Positions 17,812-26,648 of a stretch of DNA of 49,245 bases are shown piece by piece. The DNA comes from a virus (Duplodnaviria; Caudoviricetes). The position numbers and the translations under genes are program-made. The notes under the pieces were generated by a model, which worked only from the letters and a program-made list of their open reading frames with translations, was not told the origin of the DNA and made no database searches. Every line of letters begins with the position of its first letter. The stretch's first letter is position 1. Location of the stretch: positions 1 to 49,245 of the IMG/VR virus record IMGVR_UViG_3300027653_000016. The stretch is one strand, 5' to 3'.

Positions 17812-18681
17812 TTAGTGTAATGGCCGTGCCCAGGTGAATCGGCGGCGGCCGTTTTTGTCGCTGCGCCACGTCGCTATGGGAGTTCCGCCGGCGTAGGCTT
17901 CGGTGGCTTCGCACATACCGGCCATGACCTGGTGCTTCAGGAGGTCGATGTGTTTTTCGATCTCCCGTTTCTGCCTTGACAGGTCGAGGTATTGGGCATG
18001 GAGTAGTTCCCAATCGTCGTTGTCAGCGGTGGCGCCGAATTTCTGTTCCCACTGGCGTGAAAGTGCTTCGCCGGTGGTGGGGTGTGCGTCGACGTCTGGT
18101 GGTGTCCCGGACTCAACCAGCTTCCACATCGCGTCTGCTTCGCTGGCCAGCCACGCGATGGTCTCCGGGTCGCGATCGATGCGGTATGTACGAAGTGGTT
18201 TTTCCCAGCACCATGCCGCTATCCACCAGTGCGGTCGCCCTGTGACGTGCATGCACCACTGCGCCTGGAGCTCGGCGGAATGTCGTGGTTCGTCGTCGGA
18301 CCAGTACTGGTCCACGATCAGGGATGAGGTGCATTTGATCTCGAGACCGCCGCCGTCGGACACGAATCTGTCGGGGTTGGCGAGGTGGTGCGGATTGTCG
18401 GTTCGCTGCCACGTTCCGGTGTCGGTGAGCGTCAGCCCGGTCTCGGCTTCGAACTCTGACGCGACGATGGGTTCCAGCGCGTTTCCGCGCCGCATCTGTA
18501 GGTTCCCGGTGCTGTCGCGGGTGTCCGGCTGAGTTTTGTCGAGCCATATGGCGTAGGCGCTGCGGTATCCGGCTCCGACGATCGAAGCGATATCGCTGCC
18601 GCCGATGCCTTGGGCGCGGGTCGCGTACCAGTCGTCGGTGTGGGCCGCGCCGGATGGAAGAATTTCACGGGCAATTTCCAT
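17812..18681 (-). CDS. YqaJ/lambda-exonuclease-like recombination nuclease
   Basis: WYATRAQGIGGSD, GNALEP, ANPD, LEIKC, QAQW motifs. Confidence 0.92.
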   Translation of the reverse strand: MEIAREILPSGAAHTDDWYATRAQGIGGSDIASIVGAGYRSAYAIWLDKTQPDTRDSTGNLQMRRGNALEPIVASEFEAETGLTLTDTGTWQRTDNPHHLANPDRFVSDGGGLEIKCTSSLIVDQYWSDDEPRHSAELQAQWCMHVTGRPHWWIAAWCWEKPLRTYRIDRDPETIAWLASEADAMWKLVESGTPPDVDAHPTTGEALSRQWEQKFGATADNDDWELLHAQYLDLSRQKREIEKHIDLLKHQVMAGMCEATEAYAGGTPIATWRSDKNGRRRFTWARPLH

Positions 18682-18683
18682 GA

Positions 18684-19214
18684 CTAGTCCCTTGCGTATC
18701 GTTCGACGAGCTCGTCTAGCTGATCTTGTGACCAGTAGCGGCGGCGGCGGAGCCACCGATACTTGGATTCGACGAAAAAGCGTCGGCACCGGTCAGGGTT
18801 GCTGGAGTAGTTGATGACGGTGTTTAGTGGGATTCCGGTCTGCTCGGCGATGTCGTGGGTGGTGTATACGGGTTCGCCGTCTATCCATGCCTGTCCGTCG
18901 TGGTCGATGACGCGTCGCTGTAGTCCAGCGTCATTGATGAGCCGGAATCCTCGCGTGCGTGCGCATTCTTTGTCGTAGTCGATGATTGAGTTGAGGTCGT
19001 AAAACATCGTGCCTGGTCCGGGGAATGTTTCTGGGTCGGCGGTTTTTTTTAGGACGTGTGGTATTTGCAGTTCTGATTTTTTGCGTGTGAAGGTCACGGG
19101 TGATAGTCCCAGGACTTTTGCTAGTCCGGTTTTGTCCCATAGGTGTGTGTCGGTGGGTGGGTTTGGGTGGGCGTAGTCGTAGGGGTCGGGTGGTGTCGGT
19201 GGTGTTTGTGTCAT
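18684..19214 (-). CDS. Probable DNA-binding protein with two HTH-like segments
   Basis: LAKVLGLSPVTF and DIAEQTGIPLNTV; leaderless-type ATG after TACACT. Confidence 0.7.
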   Translation of the reverse strand: MTQTPPTPPDPYDYAHPNPPTDTHLWDKTGLAKVLGLSPVTFTRKKSELQIPHVLKKTADPETFPGPGTMFYDLNSIIDYDKECARTRGFRLINDAGLQRRVIDHDGQAWIDGEPVYTTHDIAEQTGIPLNTVINYSSNPDRCRRFFVESKYRWLRRRRYWSQDQLDELVERYARD

Positions 19215-19220
19215 GCCCAA

Positions 19221-19258
19221 TAGTGTACCACTTTATGTATGGTATAGTTAACGTACCC
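19221..19258. promoter_or_regulatory. Divergent promoter pair including operator-repeat copy 4
   Basis: ACTTTATGTATGGTATAGTTAACGTAC on +; TACACT -10 on -. Confidence 0.7.
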
Positions 19259-19281
19259 CACTGGAGTGAAAGGAACACTCA

Positions 19282-19986
19282 ATGACCAGCCAAAACCCGC
19301 CCGTCGATCTATACAAAGCGCTCATCGAAGCGAAAAGGAAGATTCCCGCGATGGGTAAGAACACCACAGTCCCGGGGCTGCCGTACAAATACCGCTCCTA
19401 CGAAATGATGGTGGCCAAGATCGAGCCGATTCTTGAGGAGCACGGGATTTTCGTCTTCGCGCACACCGTCTCGTGCGAGGAAGGTCTAGACGGGAAAATG
19501 CGCACCGTCACTATCGCCGTTGACTACACGCTGGTGCACGCCGAAACCGGTCAGTCCACTACCCAGCGTTTTTACGGTAAAGGGATGGACTCGTCCGATA
19601 AGGCGATGACGAAGGCATACACGTACGCGCGGAAGGTGATGTTTCTGCAGGTTTTCGGTATCGCTGATGAGGACCCAGACGGCGAAAAACCAGACCCCGG
19701 CGAATCCGCCGTCGACCGGGCCGAAAAGATCGCCAACGAGGGCTACAGGAGGTACGAGAAGCATTCCCGAGAAATCCGCGACTCCGAAAACGAGGAAGGC
19801 GCGGAGCGGCCGGTCCTGGCGTACGGAGGATGGTTTAAGAGCGCAGAGGGCAGCACACCGGACATTGCGTGGTCAGCTTCGGTGAAGCGTGAGGTCGACG
19901 GGCAGACGAAGGAAATCACGGCCGGTGAATATTTGAGGCATCTTGGTTCTCGTCTTCGTGCTCAGTCGCAGGGGTACACGTCGTGA
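19282..19986 (+). CDS. ERF-family ssDNA annealing protein
   Basis: YKYRSYE..., GMDSSDKAMTKAYTYARK..FGI..EDPD motifs. Confidence 0.85.
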   Translation: MTSQNPPVDLYKALIEAKRKIPAMGKNTTVPGLPYKYRSYEMMVAKIEPILEEHGIFVFAHTVSCEEGLDGKMRTVTIAVDYTLVHAETGQSTTQRFYGKGMDSSDKAMTKAYTYARKVMFLQVFGIADEDPDGEKPDPGESAVDRAEKIANEGYRRYEKHSREIRDSENEEGAERPVLAYGGWFKSAEGSTPDIAWSASVKREVDGQTKEITAGEYLRHLGSRLRAQSQGYTS

Positions 19987-20249
19987 TCCGGCTTCGGTAT
20001 GTGAATTCGCCGGTGCCGGCGCGCGACGACTGCCGCGACTGCGGCGGGAACGGGATCGCCGAGACGGCCGTGTTCACGGCTTCGCCTCGCGCGGGGGTGC
20101 GTGACCGGGTGTGCGCGTGTGTGACCGAGTGGGTTCGTGGCCGTGGCGATCTGTGCTGCGGCGGACTTGGTTGGCAGGTCGATGCTGACGGGTTCATGTT
20201 CGCGTGCGGGGTGTGCCAGGGCACTGGCGAGACCGTGTGGGACGTGTAG
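19983..20249 (+). CDS. Cys-rich zinc-ribbon protein
   Basis: CRDCGGNG, CCGGLG, CGVCQGTG; GTGA overlap with ERF gene. Confidence 0.7.
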   Translation: MIRLRYVNSPVPARDDCRDCGGNGIAETAVFTASPRAGVRDRVCACVTEWVRGRGDLCCGGLGWQVDADGFMFACGVCQGTGETVWDV

Positions 20250-20255
20250 AAAACA

Positions 20256-20300
20256 GTGTGGGGGCCGCACCACTCATGCGGCCCCCACACCCCCCTTTTA
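20256..20300 (+). terminator. Hairpin terminator
   Basis: GTGTGGGGGCCGCA/TGCGGCCCCCACAC stem after the gene. Confidence 0.65.
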
Positions 20301-20569
20301 TCACCATCAGAAATGGACGGCGAGACTAGGATACGTGTTGGGATCCTCGCCAGCGCGCGAGATGTCCTGAGCCCTCGTAGGGTGTATGACCTCCACATAC
20401 GTGGAGAACTGGTGTCATCCCTGCTGCAGCGGGGATACGCGCTAGCGCTATCGATGGTAGTACAGCAGGTAGAATAGAAAAACCCCGGAGACCGTGTAAG
20501 GGTCTCCGGGGAATGATAGCCATTTGAAACTGCTAAACAGCAAACGCAGAATCGTAAGGAGAATTATAC

Positions 20570-21910
20570 ATGTCTTCCGAGAACACGGATAACACACCTG
20601 TCTATGTGTCGGGACGGAAAACACCCCCATTCGCGCAAGCCGCACACTGGGTACTCGTTTCCGACGAAATATCCCCCTCCGCTAAAGCGCTCTACGCAGT
20701 CCTATGCGGGCTCCTAGCTAAGGGAGAGCGTGACACATTCGCATCGCGTGAGGCTCTAGCCGGGATCCTGGGGTGCAGTGACCGCAGCGTGTGGAACTGG
20801 ACCAAAGAGCTAGAGAAAATCAACGCGATCACGGTCGAGGTGCACAAAAACCGTGACGGACGCGCGAACGTCTACCACGTCCACGAGCTACCACCGCCGG
20901 GATATGAGGGTGTCATGTCGCTGTGGGCGAAGCGCGACGAGGTCGTATCGGGTATCGCGGACCGGAAAAAAGCGAAGACCGAAGCCGAGGAAAACTCCAG
21001 TTCACCGGGGGTGCGGCAAAATCTGCCGGACCCTAACGGGAATAGCAACCCCGAGGGGGGTCCGGCAATATTTGCCGGAGGGGTCCGGCAATATTTGCCG
21101 GAGGGGTCCGGCAATATTTGCCTACCACCCAATAACGGTGTTCAAGAACCATCAAAAACCCCCCCTGTGGTTGATGAACGTATCGTGAGGGAACCCGCCG
21201 TACGGACAGACGAAGATCCAATCGACGAAGCGCCGGATTTTATGCGTGACGCTGATCGCGTAGCCGTCGAAGAAGTCATCGCCGCCTCGGCCGCCGAGAA
21301 CCCACCGACCGTGGAGACCACCCAGGGGGGGGATAAAAACAACGAAAACCAAAACCCCAACCGCACGATCGCCGGCGAACTCCTCCGCGAAGCATTCGCC
21401 GGCGTCAACACCGGAGACCCCGATAGTGCAGACATCAAACGAAAGAAACTGGATCTCGTCGATGAGCTCACTCGCAAACTCGATTCCGGTGTACCAAAGC
21501 GTGACGTGCGTGAACGCCTCGGCGGGCTCGCGTCGACACAATCACCGATCGGTGTGGCGCTGTACCGCGTCCGCAACCTGACGTCGGTGACAGGTCCTAG
21601 TCAACCCTCGTCTGCGCCGAGGTGGTGCGGAGAGTGTGACGAGTCAACGCGTATGGCCGAAACTTCCGAGTCGATCCCCTACCGGTGCCCGAACTGCAAC
21701 CCGCTAGCTGGTGAGCCTCGTGTGTCCAGATCAAATGGTGCCGAAGACGCGCTCTACCGGACACGTGGAATTGAAGCGCAGCGCGCTCATTCTAGGCGGA
21801 TCCGCGACGAACTGAAGGCGCGCCGTGACGAGCGTAAAGCGGCGGAAGCGCGGCTCGAAGCGCAGAAAGAAGCGCGGAAGTCCCGCGAATCGCTTCCGAC
21901 CGAAAGCTAG
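20570..21910 (+). CDS. Replication initiator (N-terminal HTH, C-terminal Zn ribbon)
   Basis: ISPSAKALYAVL...SREALAGILGCSDRSV...LE.I.AI...NVY; WCGEC...RCPNC; internal iterons. Confidence 0.82.
   Translation: MSSENTDNTPVYVSGRKTPPFAQAAHWVLVSDEISPSAKALYAVLCGLLAKGERDTFASREALAGILGCSDRSVWNWTKELEKINAITVEVHKNRDGRANVYHVHELPPPGYEGVMSLWAKRDEVVSGIADRKKAKTEAEENSSSPGVRQNLPDPNGNSNPEGGPAIFAGGVRQYLPEGSGNICLPPNNGVQEPSKTPPVVDERIVREPAVRTDEDPIDEAPDFMRDADRVAVEEVIAASAAENPPTVETTQGGDKNNENQNPNRTIAGELLREAFAGVNTGDPDSADIKRKKLDLVDELTRKLDSGVPKRDVRERLGGLASTQSPIGVALYRVRNLTSVTGPSQPSSAPRWCGECDESTRMAETSESIPYRCPNCNPLAGEPRVSRSNGAEDALYRTRGIEAQRAHSRRIRDELKARRDERKAAEARLEAQKEARKSRESLPTES
21006..21122. repeat. Iterons / putative replication origin
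   Basis: Three tandem 23-bp units GGGGTCCGGCAATATTTGCCGGA (third truncated) plus a degenerate copy at ~21006. Confidence 0.8.
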
Positions 21911-22033
21911 CTATGCCGGTGGCGCGCGGTGTGCGCGCCACCACCAAATCCGAGACCAAAAAATAGTCGACGAACTGTTACCGATGATGGCAGTTGTTTC
22001 CCCTGGGTGTGCCCCGGGGGGACTTTTTGGGTA

Positions 22034-22079
22034 CCCCCCCTTGCGGTGTACTTTATCTATGGTATAGTTAAATTACACC
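22034..22079 (+). promoter_or_regulatory. Promoter/operator repeat (copy 5)
   Basis: CCCCCCCTTGCG-GTGTACTTTA-tctatggTATAGT-TAAATTACAC. Confidence 0.82.
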
Positions 22080-22105
22080 GCAAGGGAAAAGAAAAGGGAC
22101 ACGAA

Positions 22106-22291
22106 ATGACAACCACCGAAATCGACAGCAAAATCGAAAACCTCTACAACACCCTCACCGAACTAAAAGAACAAAAACTTCAACGCCGTAAGCAAGGCAA
22201 GGACACCTACTACGTAAAACTGGCAATCACCAAAACCCGCACAGAAATCCAGGTCCTCAGCTACCAGCGCAAACTCGCCACCGCCAACTAG
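22106..22291 (+). CDS. 61-aa coiled-coil protein
   Basis: ATG after promoter and AAGGGA RBS. Confidence 0.72.
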   Translation: MTTTEIDSKIENLYNTLTELKEQKLQRRKQGKDTYYVKLAITKTRTEIQVLSYQRKLATAN

Positions 22292-22358
22292 ACACAACGA
22301 AACTTTTTGTACCTCTACCTGAGGACGAGAACAAATAACCACCACGAAGGGAACTGTT

Positions 22359-22826
22359 ATGTCACACCCAGGTACCACTACTGAAGGCCGAATCGCCACC
22401 GGAACCGACGTGCACCCACGGCTTGTCAAAGAATCGCGCTGTGGCCACCGCAGACACCCTCAGCTACCAGCAAACCCGGGGTCCCGCTTCGTGTGCGTCG
22501 AGGATACAGAGGGAGTTCCTCATTTTCCGATGGAGATGTCAATCTGGCAGCACGAATCCGCTGTCAGCTATAGAAAAACGACGGCTACCCGCACCATCTG
22601 CGACCCCCCCTACGATCCCTACCGTGATGAATCCGAATACGAAGTGGTGACGTACACCAAATATCATGCCGCGCGCTGCCTCGAAAGCTTCGGAATTGAC
22701 CTACTCCCACACCAGGGATGGAAAAAAGACAGCCTGGACGGATACCTGACTGACATGGGTCTAAAGCGCACTACCACATGGGGCAAACACATCGGTGCCT
22801 GGTTTTGCGCGGTGACTGACGTCTAG
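22359..22826 (+). CDS. Hypothetical protein
   Basis: CCACCACGAAGGGA RBS. Confidence 0.7.
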   Translation: MSHPGTTTEGRIATGTDVHPRLVKESRCGHRRHPQLPANPGSRFVCVEDTEGVPHFPMEMSIWQHESAVSYRKTTATRTICDPPYDPYRDESEYEVVTYTKYHAARCLESFGIDLLPHQGWKKDSLDGYLTDMGLKRTTTWGKHIGAWFCAVTDV

Positions 22827-22848
22827 ACACCGAAGGAACCACACACCC

Positions 22849-22885
22849 TGGGGGTTCGCGTGAGGACGCTGCACGCGAACCCCCA
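22849..22885 (+). terminator. Hairpin
   Basis: TGGGGGTTCGCGTG/CACGCGAACCCCCA stem. Confidence 0.6.
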
Positions 22886-23028
22886 CCACCACCACCACGA
22901 GGGGCAAAAAATAACCTCCCCCTCCCCGGTATGATGTGTACTGCTTAGCGCCTCCCCCGAGCCGCGAAGCACAGTCACGGCCCCCGCTCCTACGCGCGGG
23001 GGCCGTTTTCGTGTCACCCACACCGTCC

Positions 23029-23044
23029 ACCTATCTAGATAGGT
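23029..23044. promoter_or_regulatory. Putative GntR operator 1
   Basis: Perfect palindrome ACCTATCTAGATAGGT abutting a TACCAT -10. Confidence 0.75.
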
Positions 23045-23055
23045 ACCATGGGTGC

Positions 23056-23883
23056 ATGACTAACACCGTTGACTACCCCACCATTGACACGACCTCATCC
23101 ACCCCACCATCAGTACAAATCGCCGACCACTACCGCCACGCCATCACCCAAGGCCGGTACGCCATCGACGAGCGCCTTCCACGCACCGACATCATCGCGA
23201 CGCAAACCGGGTGCGGATACTCCACCGTCCACGACGCCATAAACGCGCTCGCAGCCGAAGGCCTCGTCACGAGACAAAACGGGAAGGGCACGATGGTGCG
23301 TTCAGCACCACGACCACGCGTCGTCGATGCGGACAGGTACAAGCGAGAAATCGAAGCCCGCGACCGCGGGCATGTACCCACGTCATCGTCAATCGCGCGC
23401 GACATCGACGTACCGTGGGAAAACTACTCCGTGCAGGTACTTGACTCGTCGACAACGGCAGCGACGCACCGTCAAGCCGAACTCATGGGCATCAACCACG
23501 GCGAACCTGTCTACCGAAGGTGCACACTCGGGCGCGCATACGGCCACACGCCGCTGCACATCAGCACCTCACTCATGCACCCCTCTCACGTTCGCGGCAC
23601 GTTCTTCATGCACCCCGACTACACACACCGCGCCGGCGGCACGATCGAGGAGCTACGCGTTCTCGGGCTGCGGCCGGACTCGGGCCGTGAGTGGCTGCGG
23701 TCACGCGATGCGACGGCCGAAGAGGTCAAATTTTTGAAGCTGTACCGGGGGGCGGCCGTGTATGAGCTCACCCGTGTTTTCCTGCGGAAACGGGAAGTTG
23801 TCGAGTCGTCAGAGCTTGTTATGCCCGCGATGGGGGTCACCTGGACGTGGGCTCTAGACCTCACATCCAAGACACCTATCTAG
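23056..23883 (+). CDS. GntR-family (HutC/UTRA) regulator, KorA/TraR-like
   Basis: QIADHYR..I.QG....RLP...LAAEGLVTRQNGKGTMVR HTH plus UTRA-like domain. Confidence 0.9.
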   Translation: MTNTVDYPTIDTTSSTPPSVQIADHYRHAITQGRYAIDERLPRTDIIATQTGCGYSTVHDAINALAAEGLVTRQNGKGTMVRSAPRPRVVDADRYKREIEARDRGHVPTSSSIARDIDVPWENYSVQVLDSSTTAATHRQAELMGINHGEPVYRRCTLGRAYGHTPLHISTSLMHPSHVRGTFFMHPDYTHRAGGTIEELRVLGLRPDSGREWLRSRDATAEEVKFLKLYRGAAVYELTRVFLRKREVVESSELVMPAMGVTWTWALDLTSKTPI

Positions 23884-23889
23884 ATAGCT
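23874..23889. promoter_or_regulatory. Putative GntR operator 2
   Basis: ACCTATCTAGATAGCT at the GntR stop, next to a TACACT -10. Confidence 0.72.
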
Positions 23890-23903
23890 GCTACACTATG
23901 GGT

Positions 23904-24164
23904 ATGCAACCGACAACCGACCAACTCATCCCCGATCACATGCGCGTGGAGCTACTGAAATCCGCCGCGGAGCTGATCGGCCACATCGAGTGGGCAGCGA
24001 AGCAAGAAGCGCCGAACCTGTACGCGACTCGCCGATCAGCAAACCGCGTCGCGAACGCACTGGCATCGATCGACGACCAGATCACGAAAGGAATCTGCGC
24101 GCAGCAGTACCAGGAACGCATCGACCACGTCGCGGGGGTGATAGCTGAACGCGAAGGTTTTTAG
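23904..24164 (+). CDS. Hypothetical helical protein
   Basis: Leaderless-type ATG 6 nt after TACACT. Confidence 0.65.
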   Translation: MQPTTDQLIPDHMRVELLKSAAELIGHIEWAAKQEAPNLYATRRSANRVANALASIDDQITKGICAQQYQERIDHVAGVIAEREGF

Positions 24165-24231
24165 ACACAAAAAAGCCCCTCCCCGCCATCGACAAAGATA
24201 TGGGGAGGGACCACCACGAAAGGCACCAAAA

Positions 24232-24345
24232 ATGGCACCAATCTGCTCTGATCGTACCCCACCGCGGCAGAAAGCTTCGAACCCGCGACCCGTCGCCTCC
24301 GGACGGATCAAAAACCAGACCGCGCGCAAAGGGGGTAAGCGATGA
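24232..24345 (+). CDS. 37-aa basic peptide (not in ORF track)
   Basis: CCACCACGAAAGG RBS; TGA overlaps ATG of next ORF. Confidence 0.5.
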   Translation: MAPICSDRTPPRQKASNPRPVASGRIKNQTARKGGKR

Positions 24346-24836
24346 TCCGCCGCCGCGACAAACTCTGGGTGTCCGTGCATGACATGTCACTGACCATGCC
24401 GAACCGGCGCATCCTCGCGCCACACAGCAGCGTGGACACCAGCATCACCGTCACCTACACGAACCCCACCGAACACAACGAAGTGGTTTTGGGGTCCATC
24501 AGTGAGCTGACGCCATACCCCGGGTACATCACCGGAACCGGACGCGTCCAAACCGCGCACTCCGGCAGCGACAGCATCAGCGAACTGATCGCCGACGACC
24601 CCTACCGCCACCGGGCCCGCGCCCAATGGTCAATCGATTTCATCGACGGCCAGCCGGCGCTTCGCATCCGCGCCATCCACATCACCCGGTCACCACACCG
24701 CATCTCCCACCAGGAGGTCGGCGTCACACCGGCCAGCCAGAAACCGAACCCTTGCCTATACACCAGATCAGCCACGGACATATCACCTGTGGCCACCGGA
24801 ACTGCACCACGTCCATCACCATCGCCACGACAGTAG
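24342..24836 (+). CDS. Hypothetical protein, weak prohead-protease-like pattern
   Basis: RRILAP...H.EVVLGSI.E....G.ITGTG; ATGA coupling. Confidence 0.6.
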   Translation: MIRRRDKLWVSVHDMSLTMPNRRILAPHSSVDTSITVTYTNPTEHNEVVLGSISELTPYPGYITGTGRVQTAHSGSDSISELIADDPYRHRARAQWSIDFIDGQPALRIRAIHITRSPHRISHQEVGVTPASQKPNPCLYTRSATDISPVATGTAPRPSPSPRQ

Positions 24837-24955
24837 AAGCCCCATGGCTGCACGCCCGCCGCACCGCCAACCGGCACGGGTGGGCATGCAGCCCCTACGG
24901 CGACTACTGCCCAAAACACGCCAAGCACAACCCGATAAAGAAGGAATACGAATAA
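24626..24955 (+). CDS. Zn-finger protein (start uncertain)
   Basis: CGHRNC...GW...DYCPKH; TAATG coupling to next gene. Confidence 0.55.
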   Translation: MVNRFHRRPAGASHPRHPHHPVTTPHLPPGGRRHTGQPETEPLPIHQISHGHITCGHRNCTTSITIATTVEAPWLHARRTANRHGWACSPYGDYCPKHAKHNPIKKEYE

Positions 24956-25191
24956 TGCAGCACCCCGACCAGTTTGTTTACTACCCGACCCACTACCTCT
25001 ACCGAGTCGAATTCAATTACCGGATAGACGGAGAATCCAAAAGCGGAAACGTCATGACTCATGGGCGTTCCCCAATCAGTTCCGCAGAAGATTTCGATTT
25101 CGCTATGCGGTCTATCGCGGGTGAAATCGGAGCAGACAGGGGCAGTGTCATGTTCACGTCTATATCCCTTGTCTGGTCTCCCAGGACCTAA
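24955..25191 (+). CDS. Hypothetical protein
   Basis: AAGGA RBS, TAATG overlap. Confidence 0.68.
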   Translation: MQHPDQFVYYPTHYLYRVEFNYRIDGESKSGNVMTHGRSPISSAEDFDFAMRSIAGEIGADRGSVMFTSISLVWSPRT

Positions 25192-25253
25192 TAAACCGAA
25201 CCACATGCTGACACCCCCCCTTTTTTTATCCGAATTTACCTGGAAGGACGACC

Positions 25254-26648
25254 GTGAACCGCTGGAAAGCTAAAGCCGACGCGCGCGCACAGCTCGCGCG
25301 TGCGAACGCTGGAATTGAGGTGGAACGCAAAAAGTCGCAGCTAGAGATCCGACGTGAGAAGCAGCAGCACAAGCGTCAGCTACGCGACCAGCGGCACCGT
25401 GACCGTATCCAGCGCGCGAACCGTAAACGCGCCGACCGGTCGCGCCGCGATAACCATCGTCAATCACGAGAGAAAGCGCGGCGACAACGCGCTGCAGCAT
25501 TGAAATCGCGACTTCTTGACAACTTCGCCGGAACCGCTAGCGCGGGCGTGTACATCATCGCCCTCACCCTCGCCGCCGTCGGACAAGTCCAAAACTCCCG
25601 AAAAGTTGGCCTGCCGTGGATCGCCGGATTCGGGTTCGCCGCCATCCTCGAAGGCGGGGCTATCGCCGCGGCACTCACCGTGCACAAATCCAAAATGGCG
25701 GGCGAACGCAACCTTAAGGCACAGCTCGCCATGTTCGGTTTCACCGGCGCGGCGATCGCTTTCCAGCTGCTCGGGCACGACAACAAGCTGTTGGCGGTTT
25801 TCATGGCCGCCGCGACCGTAATCGCGGTAGCCACGTTTGAGCTTCGCCTGTCGCTAGCCGTGACCGAGGCAGCGCGGAAACGCGGCGAACCCGCGCCCGC
25901 GCACTTCGGTGCGCAACGCTGGATCGTCGCGCCCATCGAGACGTTTCAGGCGTGGCGCATCGATGTACTGTCCCGAGCGACCGGACAGGCACGCATAGCA
26001 CTGTCCGCGCTGGCGGACAGGCGGACAGCCAAGCGGACACAACGCGGACAGCGGACAGCAGACCGGAAACACCGCGGACAGCGCCCTATCAGCGACCGGA
26101 CATTCCGCTCCTACTACCGGACAGTGCGGACAAGTGTCCGCGCCGGCCACGAACCCCCCCCACCGCCGTCCGCGCTCGCGTCCGAAGCACTGTCCGCGCT
26201 ACTGGACACCGGAGACCCGCTACCGGTCGAGTGCCCGGACAGTGTCCCACCGGAATGGTCGGACAACCCGCTATACGCTGCGCGGACACCGTCCACGGAC
26301 ACCCCGGACAGCGACCCGGACAGCCACATCGTCGAGGAAATGGACACCCCCGACGATGACCCGGACGGCACGGACACTCGACGCGAAGCCGCCGACACCC
26401 GCCCGGACACCGGTCAGGACAGCACCGGACACCCGCACGACACGGCGGACACCCAGACCGGACAGGCGGACGCCGCAGCGGACACCGCCCGCAAACACTC
26501 AATACCCGCGGACGTTTACACCCACTATCTCGACTACCTGTCCACCCACGGCAAACCACCGTCCGCCCGAAAACTCGCCGCCATCGCCGGAATCGGCAAA
26601 ACCACCGCGTCCGGACACCTCAAAAAACTCAAGGAGAACACGCAATGA
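25254..26648 (+). CDS. Spd-like (DUF2637/SpdB2-type) membrane protein with C-terminal HTH
   Basis: Basic coiled coil, four TM helices, FGAQRWIVAPIETF.AWR motif, C-terminal PSARKLAAIAGIGKTTA HTH. Confidence 0.75.
   Translation: MNRWKAKADARAQLARANAGIEVERKKSQLEIRREKQQHKRQLRDQRHRDRIQRANRKRADRSRRDNHRQSREKARRQRAAALKSRLLDNFAGTASAGVYIIALTLAAVGQVQNSRKVGLPWIAGFGFAAILEGGAIAAALTVHKSKMAGERNLKAQLAMFGFTGAAIAFQLLGHDNKLLAVFMAAATVIAVATFELRLSLAVTEAARKRGEPAPAHFGAQRWIVAPIETFQAWRIDVLSRATGQARIALSALADRRTAKRTQRGQRTADRKHRGQRPISDRTFRSYYRTVRTSVRAGHEPPPPPSALASEALSALLDTGDPLPVECPDSVPPEWSDNPLYAARTPSTDTPDSDPDSHIVEEMDTPDDDPDGTDTRREAADTRPDTGQDSTGHPHDTADTQTGQADAAADTARKHSIPADVYTHYLDYLSTHGKPPSARKLAAIAGIGKTTASGHLKKLKENTQ
25967..26620. 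repeat. Dense GGACA/TGTCC repeat array inside the Spd-like gene
   Basis: About 26 GGACA and about 6 TGTCC by hand count, in all three reading frames. Confidence 0.9.

Noticed and set aside
21057-21122. CRISPR array
   Set aside because: The 23-bp units are directly tandem with no spacers and no cas genes
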